A stretch of 64,000 nucleotides of DNA, from the NCBI RefSeq assembly GCF_006345805.1, contig NC_043012.1, positions 43,028,001 to 43,092,000 of the forward strand. The letters are read 5' to 3'. This document shows positions 28,383-39,874 of the stretch, one piece after another. The position numbers and the translations under genes were made by a program. The notes beneath the pieces were generated by a model that was not told the origin of the DNA, did no database searches, and saw nothing but the letters and a program-made list of their open reading frames with translations. The first letter of the stretch is position 1; each line of letters opens with the position of its first letter. Source of the DNA: Octopus sinensis. Its lineage: Eukaryota.

Positions 28383-28725
28383 GTAACCACTGAGCCGCAG
28401 GTTTTATGTCGGAGTTATCCCAGTTACCTGAGTTACCTTCTCCTTGAAGGATGCCCTAACAAAGGCTAGGAGTCCTTCACTCCCAATGGTTTAACCGCGC
28501 GATCGGGTATTATTTCTATGTCCCCGCGCATGATACAGCCTTAAGACATTTATTGGATGGCCGTTGACTCTCAAGAGTTCCTCCGCCCTTTGATGGGTTT
28601 TGTTTTTCATCCCGCAGGGTGTCCAGTAAACACCCTCCTCACCAAGCAAGCTTGGTAGGGTTGCCGGTTTAGACGCCGACGGCCCGACCATGCAACAGGT
28701 TGTACTGGGTTACATGTTACCAGTA
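28383..28725 (-). mobile_element. probable RTE-type 5' UTR fragment
   Basis: GC-richer non-coding block (GGCGTCTAAACCGGCAACCC...GGGCATCCTTCAAGGAGAAGGTAACTC...AAAACC) resembling RTE leaders. This is recognition by resemblance only. Confidence 0.4.
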
Positions 28726-28735
28726 GCACTCAAAA

Positions 28736-28769
<34 letters not shown>

Positions 28770-28775
<6 letters not shown>

Positions 28776-28806
28776 ATAAGCATATTAAAAGGGTTGGGAA
28801 CCACTG
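28770..28806. repeat. second right end of the hAT MITE
   Basis: TAAGGATAAGCATATTAAAA-GGGTTGGGAACCACTG matches 25051-25117 with an internal deletion. Flank is GTCTATGC. Confidence 0.7.
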
Positions 28807-28809
28807 GTC

Positions 28810-29260
28810 TATGCCTTATCACTCGTGAACGTCGGCTCGAACTCGGAAGCAAATTTCCCTTCAGGCTCTGTGAGATGACATTGCGCGTGCCAACTCTGAG
28901 GCACTGTACAGTCCGGTGTATTGCATAAGCTCGTGAACGTACGTCATGCAGACCTGACCATCAGACTTGAACTTACCCACGGGGTTTATAAAAGAAAAAA
29001 TCTCAGTGATAGGATGATCTATTCGGCGAAAACAGTGGCATTCGAATTATTGCCATCTTTGATTGTGTGATCGACAGACGGTAAAGATCCGTATAGCCAC
29101 TTATTTGATACATTGTCGGTATAAGTGATGTTAAAAGCCTTGTGTAGAAGCCGAGAATATATACCGTTTAGTGATCGCTGCTGGACGGCCATAAGAGACC
29201 AGTATTCAGGGTCGTAGAGCAGAACATATTCAACCGTAGCACGAAACAATGGGTGAACTA
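28810..29260 (-). mobile_element. RTE-type LINE 3' fragment
   Basis: FRATVEYVLLYDPEYWSL...LNGIYSRLLHKAFNITY...SNKWLYGSLP. Confidence 0.75.
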
Positions 29261-30629
29261 CTTTGGAGACTTGTGTGCAGAATATAGAAAAAACGTGCCC
29301 AAAAGGACAGTTTTAGTCAACCGCCTATTTGTTTCTGATGGGTCGGGAGAGAAACATATATGTTGCCAGAGGTAGTTGGTATATCAGCTGAATTAAAGTA
29401 CATAAGTTGTGTGGTGTAGGATGTGTTGTGTGATATGTGAATGTATGTTGGGTGGTGGAAATGAAGTAGTAATTGGTTAACTAGATACATGCAAAAAGTT
29501 ATAGTTTGATACAGTAGACAGTTATGGTTCGTTTTGATTTGAAGATGAGAAAGAAATGAAAAAAGCTTATAATATCTGGGTGTTGACCTGAAATAAATGA
29601 AAGGAAGGAGGCAAGTTGATAAATAGAGTTGAGAGTTGCAACGATATGTTACCCATTAAATTTCTTGCGTGAGATTTCTTAGCATCATGTATAAGTCGCT
29701 TCCTTAAATTTTGTCAGTATGCCCTAGTAAATACAGCACATATTTAAATATGAGAAAGCTTTTAACTGTGAAAATAAGTTATAAACACATTTCTTTTATG
29801 CTTTCGATGTGCGAAAAAAGAAAAATAGACGTGAAGGAATCGCCTGATCGATGTAGTCACTCTCCTTCCCCAGTCGATAACTTTAGTCGGTAATTAAGTG
29901 ATTACCGTGGTGGATGGCTAAACTTGCATATTTATACTCTAGGCGGTTCTTCTAATAAGCAATTATATTCTATGCATAGTACTGCGTAAATCTGGAGTAT
30001 TGAAATGAATTTAGATGTGATAATAAACTATATAAATATGTAAACACATTCCTTCTACACCTTCAATGTGCGAGACTGCTGATTTACCGATTCATGATTT
30101 GCTAGTTGTTTCTCAGTGGTGATGTACACACTCTCCTTCTCCTAACGACATATTAGAATGGTATCCAACTTCTGTATATAGTAGCCAGCAACTAAACTAT
30201 TAATCGCCATACTTGCTTTAGACGGCTCGTTATGAAGTAAATTTATGTATATTCTATGCATAACACAGCATAATTTAATAGGACCATACGCGATTTTTTC
30301 AAATGTCATTTTTATAACGGTAAATTCTGAAAATTTATTTCGGGGATGTAAGTGTAAATATTCCAAGAGATGCTGGCTTATGGCTGAGACCCAAATTGCA
30401 GGTAACCTTTCAACTTTCCCTGAAACGAAATGCCAAAAGGCAGCTGCGTTGAATGCTGTGGGTGGTAGTCGCAAACAATTGTCATGAAAACCGAAATGCA
30501 CGAGGAGGTTATGGGTATAAAAATAATTTGAACCGCGTTCCTGGAATTCGTAATTTGGACATTCGCCCCCCTCACTTTTTTCGAGTTTGGTATTATTAAT
30601 AAGGTTAGTTGCACGTGTTGTTGAGTCGT

Positions 30630-31950
30630 TAAACGTTGTTTTTGTTTGTTGAGATATTTCTGTTTATTGTTTGTCGCGGCCCGTTGTTCGATAAGTCAGT
30701 CGGCTTGCAACTCGGCACCTGGAGAGGCAAGTCGATACCTCCTAACAACATCGTCGTGAGTTGGACGGAGGGCCTGGTTAAATTGCTAGGAGTCTGGTTA
30801 GGTCCGGACCTCCAGATAGAGAAGAATTGGAGCGAGGTGGCGAGCAGAGTGACCAACCTAACTCAGATCTGATCTGAGCGGTGGCTATCCCTGAAAGGGA
30901 GGGCGGAGGTCGCAAATATGTTTATCGCATTATCTACCGCCTGACCGTCGTGCCTTGTCCCGATTCGTGGCTAAACAAAATGGAACGATTGCACTTCCGC
31001 TTTCTGTGGAAGGGCAGGAGTTCACTTGTAAGGCACTCTATCTGCTGCCAACAACTGTTAGGGATGCCGTGGCTAATGATGCGCAGATATGCGCTGAAGC
31101 TGAGGCATCTCTAGTTTTGGTGAATTGAAACCGTGGGTTAAGCGTAGACCAAAGTTGGGTGCGTGACTGGCCGAATGTCGGCAGGGACTCGTGCTTCTCT
31201 GCCGGACGGGTAATGCCGGTGGCGAGGGTTACACCTCGTCATTCTATAGAGGGCTTGTAGAGGCAAAGTGTGACGATGATCTGAGGGAAACCCTAGGCTT
31301 CAGCGAAGGTCAGCTTGCTGGTTTGTTCCGAAGGACATTCGGGCTAGGGACGTTGGACAACTTCCAATGTTACCGAGGAGTATTACCAGTTCGAGATAAA
31401 CTCGCTAGGCATGGCTATTCATGCCAGTCCACTTGCCCAAGATGCGAGCAGTGGAGTGAAACTGTTCTGCACGCTATTGTGCAGTGTCCGAAAATTTCGG
31501 AAATGTGGGTCGAACGGCTGCTGTCACATTTGGGAAGAGTACAGTTGTCTTCCGAGTCCATTATAAAGATTGTTCCACCATCCTCCTTGAATAAGGAAGG
31601 CAAGGTTTGTTTTCGCGCAGTGGTAGTGATGGCGAAAGAGGTTGTTTGGAGGACACGTATGATGGGAGTGGCGACGGGTGCCTTAATCTCCGGCCCTGGT
31701 TTGCTCCGCTTGTTTATTTTCCATCTTAAAAGGAAACTAAGGCTGGAGAGGAAACGCTTGTCAGCCGATATATATGGCAAAAAAATGGAAGGAAGTGACG
31801 TGGATGTTGGGAGTGAATGAAGCCGCGTGAGTGTAAAAAATAAAGGAAACTAAAAGGTTCAGTGGTGGATCGGGGCTTGTGGGGTCGAACACGTCCCGCT
31901 CTCCATTGTGTTGTTTTTGTATTGTTCGTTCATTTGTTTATATAATTCGT
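30630..31950 (+). mobile_element. Tx1/L1-clade LINE 3' fragment (RT C-terminus plus zf-RVT)
   Basis: VKLLGVW, LSLKGRAEV, FRFLWKG, and LPVRDKLARHG...CPRCEQWSETVLHAIVQC. Confidence 0.85.
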
Positions 31951-31974
31951 AATTTATCAACTGCTCATTTTTAA

Positions 31975-32930
31975 TGTTTTATCATTCGATTCCCGACCCC
32001 TTTCATTTTGTATCGTCCTCTCTGTATTTAGTATTCATGGCAGAAACAAAATCAATTCGTAATTTGGACGCATCACGTATGACTCGATTCTCAGAAGCGC
32101 AGAGAGAACAAGCTGTCTGCCGATTGCAAGCATGGCAGCGTGCTCTGGTTGTTGCGAAAGCGTACAATGTCCATGTCAACACCATCTATCGTCAGCAGCA
32201 GCGATACAACAACACCAACAGCACTGCAGACCGTGCCCGCAGTGGTCGCTCCCGAGTAACCACGCCCAGGGAGGACCGCTCCATCCACCTGCAACAGCCC
32301 CGTGATCGCTTCAGACCGGCCAGCGTGACAGCACGCGAGGCCATTGGCACTGGACAGCGACCCATCAGCGACGACACGGTACGACGTCGACTGGCCGCCA
32401 ACAACATGCGTTGCCGTCGTTCTACTCGGCGGCATGTTCTCACCCCTCGCCACCATGAGGAACGATCACAGTGCGCTACACAACACCGACATTGGTGATA
32501 TCAACAGTGGAGATCGATAGTCTTCTCTGCTTTCAGCCCGGATTTGAACCAAATTGAACACATGTGGGATGAAATTTAGAGAAGCTGAACCAGGTGGTTC
32601 CAAAGCCGACAACTCGTGTGGAACTAGAGGCAGCTTTCCTCAGGGTTTGGGCACAGGTGCCAATGGCTTTTATGAACCGCCTCATGCACTCCTTGTACCA
32701 ACAGTGTATGGCTGTTTTGAACACCGAGGGAGGGCATAAACGGTATTGAACATTTCACGCCTACAATTTCGATGTGCTGGATCCGCCCACTACCAGAACA
32801 CATGACAACGACACAAAGTGCATCCAAGAAATTGACTTTTTCAGATTTATCAAAATTTATCTTTGACATAATGAAATTAAAACATATTTCACTGTCACAC
32901 ACGTCTCGCATTTCTTTTGCGGTTCAGTGT
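31975..32930 (+). mobile_element. Tc1-like transposon, internally deleted in the DDE core, right TIR only
   Basis: HTH region ...DRARSGRSRVTTPREDR...TVRRRL, then IVFS joined directly to SPDLNQIEHMW. Ends GCATTTCTTTTGCGGTTCAGTG-TA. Confidence 0.85.
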
Positions 32931-33283
32931 ATAACCATAAGTATCGATATTTGTCTGTCTTGAAACAACGTTACAGTTCTTCAAATAATTTTACCAAATT
33001 TTTGGGGAAGATAGCCCAGAATAATTCATGTACAAAAGAAAAAAAATCTCAGGTTCAGTATCTCCTTGGAGTAACACAACGTTGAGTAAAAAAAAGGGAC
33101 GTAGAGGAACTGAAAGTTGTAGAGGAATAGAGGTTGAGGAAGAGTATTAGCATGATGTATAGATGAGCTGTCTTTGACATTACAAACTATTTTTCTCTCT
33201 CTTTAGCTTTTCTTTAATCTCTCTATCTCTCTCTTATAAACTTTCTCATCTTATATATGTGTATGTATGCATGCATGGAAATG

Positions 33284-33414
<131 letters not shown>

Positions 33415-33423
33415 CGTCCGTCC

Positions 33424-33517
<94 letters not shown>

Positions 33518-33609
33518 ATATCTATCTTATTTAAAATAGTTCAATTCAGTTCGATGCGACATAAAGTTTCGTAGGCCTCTAATAGAAACCCGCCTCTTTC
33601 AGGCTTTAA

Positions 33610-34196
33610 ATTACCGAATTAAAAAATACAGAAAGCTCAAGATGGGCTTCAATCTCTCTCCTTGCTGTCCTTCTCCAACCTTTGTGTTTAAATCTCCAAT
33701 CTTGTGTTGAAAGTGGATTTGTTCGCCAGCGGTTTCTCTAGTTTTGTAGGAATTTTTCACTCCGTTGTCTTCGCTTATATTTGTGAGTCCATAGGTTTGG
33801 ATGATCTTCAGGGTGCATTTCTCGAGATACGAATGTTTAGCACTCCGATGCCTGATGAAGGCAATTAGTAAGAAACAATTTCCGAAGCCCATTCTTTGCT
33901 AGAGATGAACATTATAGAACCAAATGCAGGCTGATCAACCCCTCTAAAAGTGAGATAAGTATCATTAGCAGGCGTATTCTCGATACTCTCAACTCCGACA
34001 TCAGAAGAGCTACAGGCTTGACTCAATGGAACTCCAGCGCAGCTGTGATCAACTGGTTCCACGTTACCGAGAATAAATCGGCCAGCATATTAACCCAGTT
34101 CGACATTGTTGGCTTCTATCCTTCCATATCTAAGCCCCTCCTTCTGAAGGCCCTAAATTTTGCAGAGCAATTCACCAGCATAAACGACATTGATAT
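33610..34196. mobile_element. PLE RT fragment with an inverted 5' segment (33610-33910 minus, about 33915-34196 plus)
   Basis: Plus part: KCRLINPSKSE...QFDIVGFYPSISKPLL. The minus part resembles the RT region upstream of this and ends at a KDSKE (KDHKE-like) motif. Confidence 0.6.
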
Positions 34197-36170
34197 CAGC
34201 AAATTTTTAGATATATTACTGAAACCTATTTTAAAATACATACCAAGCCTTGTAAGGGACGATCTGGACCTGTTAAACCACCTTCCAAAATTCATAAACA
34301 ATAAATTGTATCTTTTGATGTGGTAGACCTCTATATCACAGTCCCACACCGATATGGACTAGAGGCAATAAATTTCTGGCTTGAGAAATTCCCTCATGAA
34401 ATTCCAGTCAAAATTAAAAAAAATTCCACAAATATCTACTAGAAAACTAGAAACGTTACCTAGATGACTGCCTAATCCTATGGACGCACACATTTGAACA
34501 ATTTATAGATTTCAAAAATCTAATCAACAGCATAACCCTAGCCCTAACCCCAACCCTAACCTTAACTTCACCATGGAATACAGTTAAAACTCAATTACCA
34601 TTCCTGGATATACTAACCATAAGAGATAAAAACATTGAAGCAGACATTCACTTCAAACAAACAGATTCTAAACAATACTTATTGTTCTCCTCATGCCATC
34701 CCAAACACACGAAGAATACTATTCCCTTTAATCTAGCAAGAAGAATCTGCACAATTGTCTCAAACCCTGAAACTCGCAATAAAGTACTCCTTGAACTAAA
34801 ACAAATACTAATCTTAAAAGACAATATCCATTAATTTTGATAGACAACTGAATAGAGCGTGCCAAAGCAATAAATATCAAAGAACTACGAAAAACGAAAA
34901 AAACACTACAGAAAATCAAATAATCTACCCTTTATTACAAGACGCAATCCAAGAAATACAGAGATTTACAATATTATCCACCAGAACATTCCACTACTAA
35001 GACAAGACCCAAGAATGAAACAAGCATTCGAAAGTCTTTCAAAATTTCCCACAAGTGCTAAATTGCCTTCCACAGCTCCTACACCAACAGTCAAAAAAGT
35101 GTGGCCACCCCAATTTTGGGGCCTGCATTAGTCTTATTGACGACACAACATACAAATTCAAATCAGGATTGATTTTTACCGTAAAAATCACTTTAATGTT
35201 CTTCAAGGAATTTAATATATGCTATCAAATGTCAAGAATGTAATTAAGAAATAGACTGACCATTCACCGACAACAAATACGAGACCCCAGTACTAGACAG
35301 ATTCCACTGAGTGGACATAGACATATGTACAAAAATAAACCCCCAAATTCCAGGTCTTCCCACTCTATCTATATACAGTGAATACCACAGGTGAAGCACG
35401 GATAGACAAAAGAGAATACTTTCATACAAAAGTACAAATCCAGACTTAACAAACTTTAATATAGTACATACTCAAATAACTATTCACCACAAAACTCATT
35501 CTGTCATGAGGAACCTGCACAGCTAACAACCTAAACTTTAGCCACTGGACTACATACAAACAACTCCTGTATACTCTCCCACCAGACAGATTAAGTTTGG
35601 AGTGCCTTGATTGTAATTAAATATGTTCACTCAACTGTGAGGCCTTCATTTTAGGCACAAAATATACTGCCACGAGACACTAATGCAAGGACGTAGCGGG
35701 AAACGAATAGAAAGTTCTAAATTTAATCACATGTTCATTCTTTACAAACACTCGTCAGAAAACATTCAGAGTATTGATTGTTTAGTACTATCACTAGACT
35801 TGTTCAGTCAACCATGTCAGCCGTAGCTTATGACGCTAAACATTGTCACTTGATACTAACACACGGACGTAGCGGGAAACCTACAAAAATTTCCAAGACC
35901 AGTCATGTGGCTATCTTCTACCAATCAATCCCTATTCAAATCATAAACTAATTTGACCAATGAACCCCTATAAAAATAGGACAAGCTTCAAACACTACTC
36001 AGATGCAAAACAGCTGCGACATAAGCCACGTCTTTCTATTTCCAATTTTTGAAGATTTGTGTAAGCTCTGAAACTGGTTAAATCTTTAGATATAGTGATA
36101 AAAGATATTTTTACTTTTCTCAGTGCATTTTCAACTTCTATTTTACCTATATTTCTACCTGTGTGGAATA
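34197..36170 (+). mobile_element. PLE of a different family (RT, GIY-YIG remnants and 3' UTR)
   Basis: SKFLDILLKPILKYIPSLVRDDLD, LNFTME...LPFLDI, YLLFSSCHPKHT, and RLTIHRQQIRDP. Confidence 0.8.
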
Positions 36171-36215
36171 AAATAATTTTATTTATCGCTCTCTCTCTCT
36201 CCTTCCCCCCCCCTC

Positions 36216-36592
36216 TGTGGTAAGTAGCTTGCTAACCAACCACATGGTTCCGGGTTCAGTCCCACTTCGTGGCACCTTGGGCAAGTGTCTTCTGCTATAG
36301 CCCCGGGCCGACCAATGCCTTGTGAGTGGATTTGGTAGACGGAAACTGAAAGAAGCCCGTCGTATATATGTATGTGTGTGTGTTTGTGTGTCTGTGTTTG
36401 TCCCTCTAGCATTGCTTGACAACCGATGCTGGTGTGTTTACGTCCCCGTCACTTAGCGGTTCGACAAAAAGAGACCGATAGAATACGTACTAGGCTTACA
36501 AAGAATAAGTCCCGGGGTCTATTTGCCCGACTAAAGGCGGTGCTCCGGCATGGCCGCAGTCAAATGACTGAAACAAGTAAAAGAGTAAAGAG
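36216..36592 (+). mobile_element. tRNA-derived SINE
   Basis: Head TGTGGTAAGTAGCTTGC...GGTTCAGTCCC, with the same body and tail as 5993-6410. Confidence 0.88.
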
Positions 36593-36631
36593 TATATATA
36601 TATATATATATACATATATATATACATATAC

Positions 36632-36703
<72 letters not shown>

Positions 36704-36749
36704 TTATATATATATATATAATATGTATATATGTATATATATATGTATA

Positions 36750-36815
<66 letters not shown>

Positions 36816-36884
36816 GGAATAAACACATAAATGTGAAACAAGGTGGAAAAAGGAGTACTCAAATACCAGTGGTAGAGTAATATG

Positions 36885-37039
36885 CTTTATTTAAAGCAGC
36901 AGAAAATTCAACAAAACGTGTTACTCTGAGTTTCCCGTTGCCGTTCATCGGACAGTTTTTCTAGCAAAAACTGTCCGATGAACGGCAACGGGAAACTCAG
37001 AGTAACAGGTTTTGTTGAATTTCTGCTGCTTTAAATAAA

Positions 37040-37040
<1 letters not shown>
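36885..37040. repeat. 75-bp-arm palindrome carrying a hammerhead motif on each strand
   Basis: Arms 36885-36960 and 36966-37040 with a 5-nt loop, one mismatch and one indel. Plus-strand motif: CTGT CCGATGA ACGGCAACGG GAAA CTCAGAG TA/ ACAG. Confidence 0.85.
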
Positions 37041-37112
<72 letters not shown>

Positions 37113-37129
37113 TGTTGTGCTTTAGCCCA

Positions 37130-37733
37130 CATTTTGACAAACTAGTATAAGAATAAGTCAGAGTAGGTTAGGTTGATCCGTTTGGTGTTAACTGTGAACC
37201 ACTGCACTTCATCGCATGCAGGAAAATTGAGAATAGGGAGGGGATTCTAGAAGGTTGCAGTTCGTACAAGGAATTGGTATGCAATTTATAGTCCAGAAAA
37301 GCAGAGGCTGTTGTATTAGTGGTAGAAGATGAAATAAAAATAGAACATTTGTGAGCCAGTAGTTGTAGTGTGTTGGTGAAACTATCAGCCGAATGGTTGT
37401 GTTTTGGATGTGATTTACATGCCTATTTCTGTGGATATATGTATGGATACACACATACATACACAGATACACCGGCTCATGTGCACATCCACACATACAC
37501 GGTCGTCTGTGCATATATGTATATGTTTAAGAATTACGAATACGCCACACACACACACACACACACACACTTACATACACACAACACACATACACATGTT
37601 CAAACAGGCACGTCTAACTACTTGAGCAAATGGCTTTTATTCAATCATCATTTAAGAACATACGCAAGCTTTTAGACACATATTACCTGAAATATTACAC
37701 ATACACACACACATGTATATGTGTATGCATATG

Positions 37734-37809
<76 letters not shown>

Positions 37810-39520
37810 CATTGCTTATACACACGCTGGTTTTAAATGCGTAGAAGTAATAGTTAAAATATATACAGACTTAAATTATATACAGACAGGTGGAACCATG
37901 TTCAGTTTAAATTAAGTTGCTATACACAGTAAAAGATTTCCTAGAAGATTTAACTAAGGAGAAATGTATATAAGTTTACATGATTCAGTGCTTGCAAGAA
38001 GAAATACGCGCACATGCATACAGACACAATCTCCCTCTCTTTCCCTCTCTCTCTCCCTCTTTCTCTCTCACATAATTACACATACACACACACTTAGTTA
38101 TTATGATATAGACATAGAGACGCATTAAAGACATTATTATACATTGAAAGTGACCTAAGCATCGTCTTCGGGAAGGTTATTTGTCCCGAGAAATATTGCA
38201 ACACACATACATACACGCACATACATGCACAGACATACGCACACGCAGATACAAACACAAACGCGCGCGCACCTCTCCCACTCTCTCTCATACACACACA
38301 TACACACACAGAAAATGCTATATACTCAGACACGCATACCAAACAAAATCTAGGTTAGGTTGAATCTCGGGAGACTGTGTTCGAAACAGTTTGTTTTTTC
38401 AAGATATTTTCATATAATGTCACTCACAGTTCGACTTGCAACTTTATATTAAAAGAAGGTATATATGTATTAAATAGAAATTACGCACACAGTCATATAC
38501 ATATTGCTATGTTTATCTGGCATATAAAGATAAGGACCAGAGAATATTTAAACGAAGAGGCGAATATAGGTGTGATGTTGAAAATTTACTGTTGCCCAAA
38601 AAACAAGCATATTCGATCTGAAACTCATTGATATATTCCTTGTAGCAGTGAAGAATGCAATCATGTTTTGATAAGCTATGCGAAACTGAAACCACTACCC
38701 GTTTTCTTTTCTTGGTTGATTGTAGCTTCTCTTTGGTTATGGCGCTGAAGCTCATAGAAATACATCTTCAACCATAATTTCGAGGCAGGAAATCCAGAGC
38801 AGTGACATTGCATTTTGTGTACATTCACTATGAGTGACAATCTCATAACAGGTTGATGTAGGAAACGTTTATAATAACACACACAGTGTTCAGTATTTTT
38901 AACACATAAATAAATTTAAAACAATTATTCTTGCCACCCCTTCCTAATTACCAGTTTTGAGATCATTTATCAAATGAAAGTCTCCACCATGACCTTCTTA
39001 AAATATGAAGGGTAGGGGATATATCCAAGTTACTAGTTTAGTAGTTGTAACTTTTTTTAAACTATTACTTCTGGGATTATTAGTAATTTTTAATTATATT
39101 TTTCTCTTTATCCATATAAGCTGCGACTCAGGCTTTCACAATAATAGGTTAAGAAATGACTAACTTCGATTTCTTCGTTTTAACTTTGCCACTTTGCCCC
39201 ATCATTTCCCTTTTCTGTCTCCCTCTTTCTCACATAAGAATATATTTTCAAATTATATTTCCTACTTGTGTGTGTTGTTTTTCTTTTAAAATTATGTTTA
39301 TACGACTTTTTCTGAAAGACAACTTGCTATGCAAGACTGCGAATTCATCAACAAAGGAGTTAGTTTTCAAAAGCTACTTGAAGTTTCATTGGTGCAATAA
39401 ATTTAAAATTTCATTTATTGTATTTATTGTAGTTATCATTTTTACAGAAATTCGCATGCACAGACATACAAACGTACCATTTTTTAACAGTTTCAATCAG
39501 CGGGCTACTGTATTGATGCA
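37130..39520 (-). mobile_element. heavily decayed PLE fragments
   Basis: Minus frames give FLDYKLHTNSLY (about 37300), a D..SMYT-like relic (about 38850) and a PLE-like N-terminal region (39150-39520). Confidence 0.45.
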
Positions 39521-39872
39521 TCAACGTCAAACGTTTTAGTTCGTTATATCGACCCCAGTACTAACTTCAGTCGGGTACTTATTTTATCATCCCTGTTTGT
39601 CGAAGTGATTGATAGCTGGATATAGAAGGATATAACACAAACAATACCATAACACATGTATGCGCGGCGCGTACCTTTACACACACACACACACACACAC
39701 GCACATATTGGTGAAAACGGTAAGATAACAAAAGAAAGAAACCTCAATATAATAAAGACATTATTATACATTGAAAGTGACCTAAGCATCGTCTTCCGGA
39801 AGGTTATTTGTCCCGAGAGATATTGCAAAACACATACATACAGGCACATACATGCACAGACATACGCACACG
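38126..39872. repeat. about 120-bp direct repeat (38126-38245 and 39753-39872)
   Basis: TAAAGACATTATTATACATTGAAAGTGACCTAAGCATCGTC...CATACGCACACG occurs twice. Confidence 0.85.
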
Positions 39873-39874
39873 TA

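Noticed and set aside
28600-28725. HDV-like ribozyme at the putative RTE 5' end
   Set aside because: Hairpins are present, but the nested double pseudoknot could not be assigned by eye.
29330-29370. CTGATGG...GAAACATATATGTT
   Set aside because: Stem III is palindromic, but stems I and II do not pair.
33555-33610. Minus-strand CTGAAAGA...GAAAC...GTC
   Set aside because: The core has an extra base and the stems pair poorly.
36044-36083. TTGAAGA...GAAACTGGTT hammerhead-like motif in a PLE 3' UTR
   Set aside because: No stem II pairing and only an AU-rich stem I; at best a relic.
38513-38880. Helitron Rep motif (YINEFQ)
   Set aside because: The downstream RGLPH motif is absent, and the context fits a decayed PLE RT better.
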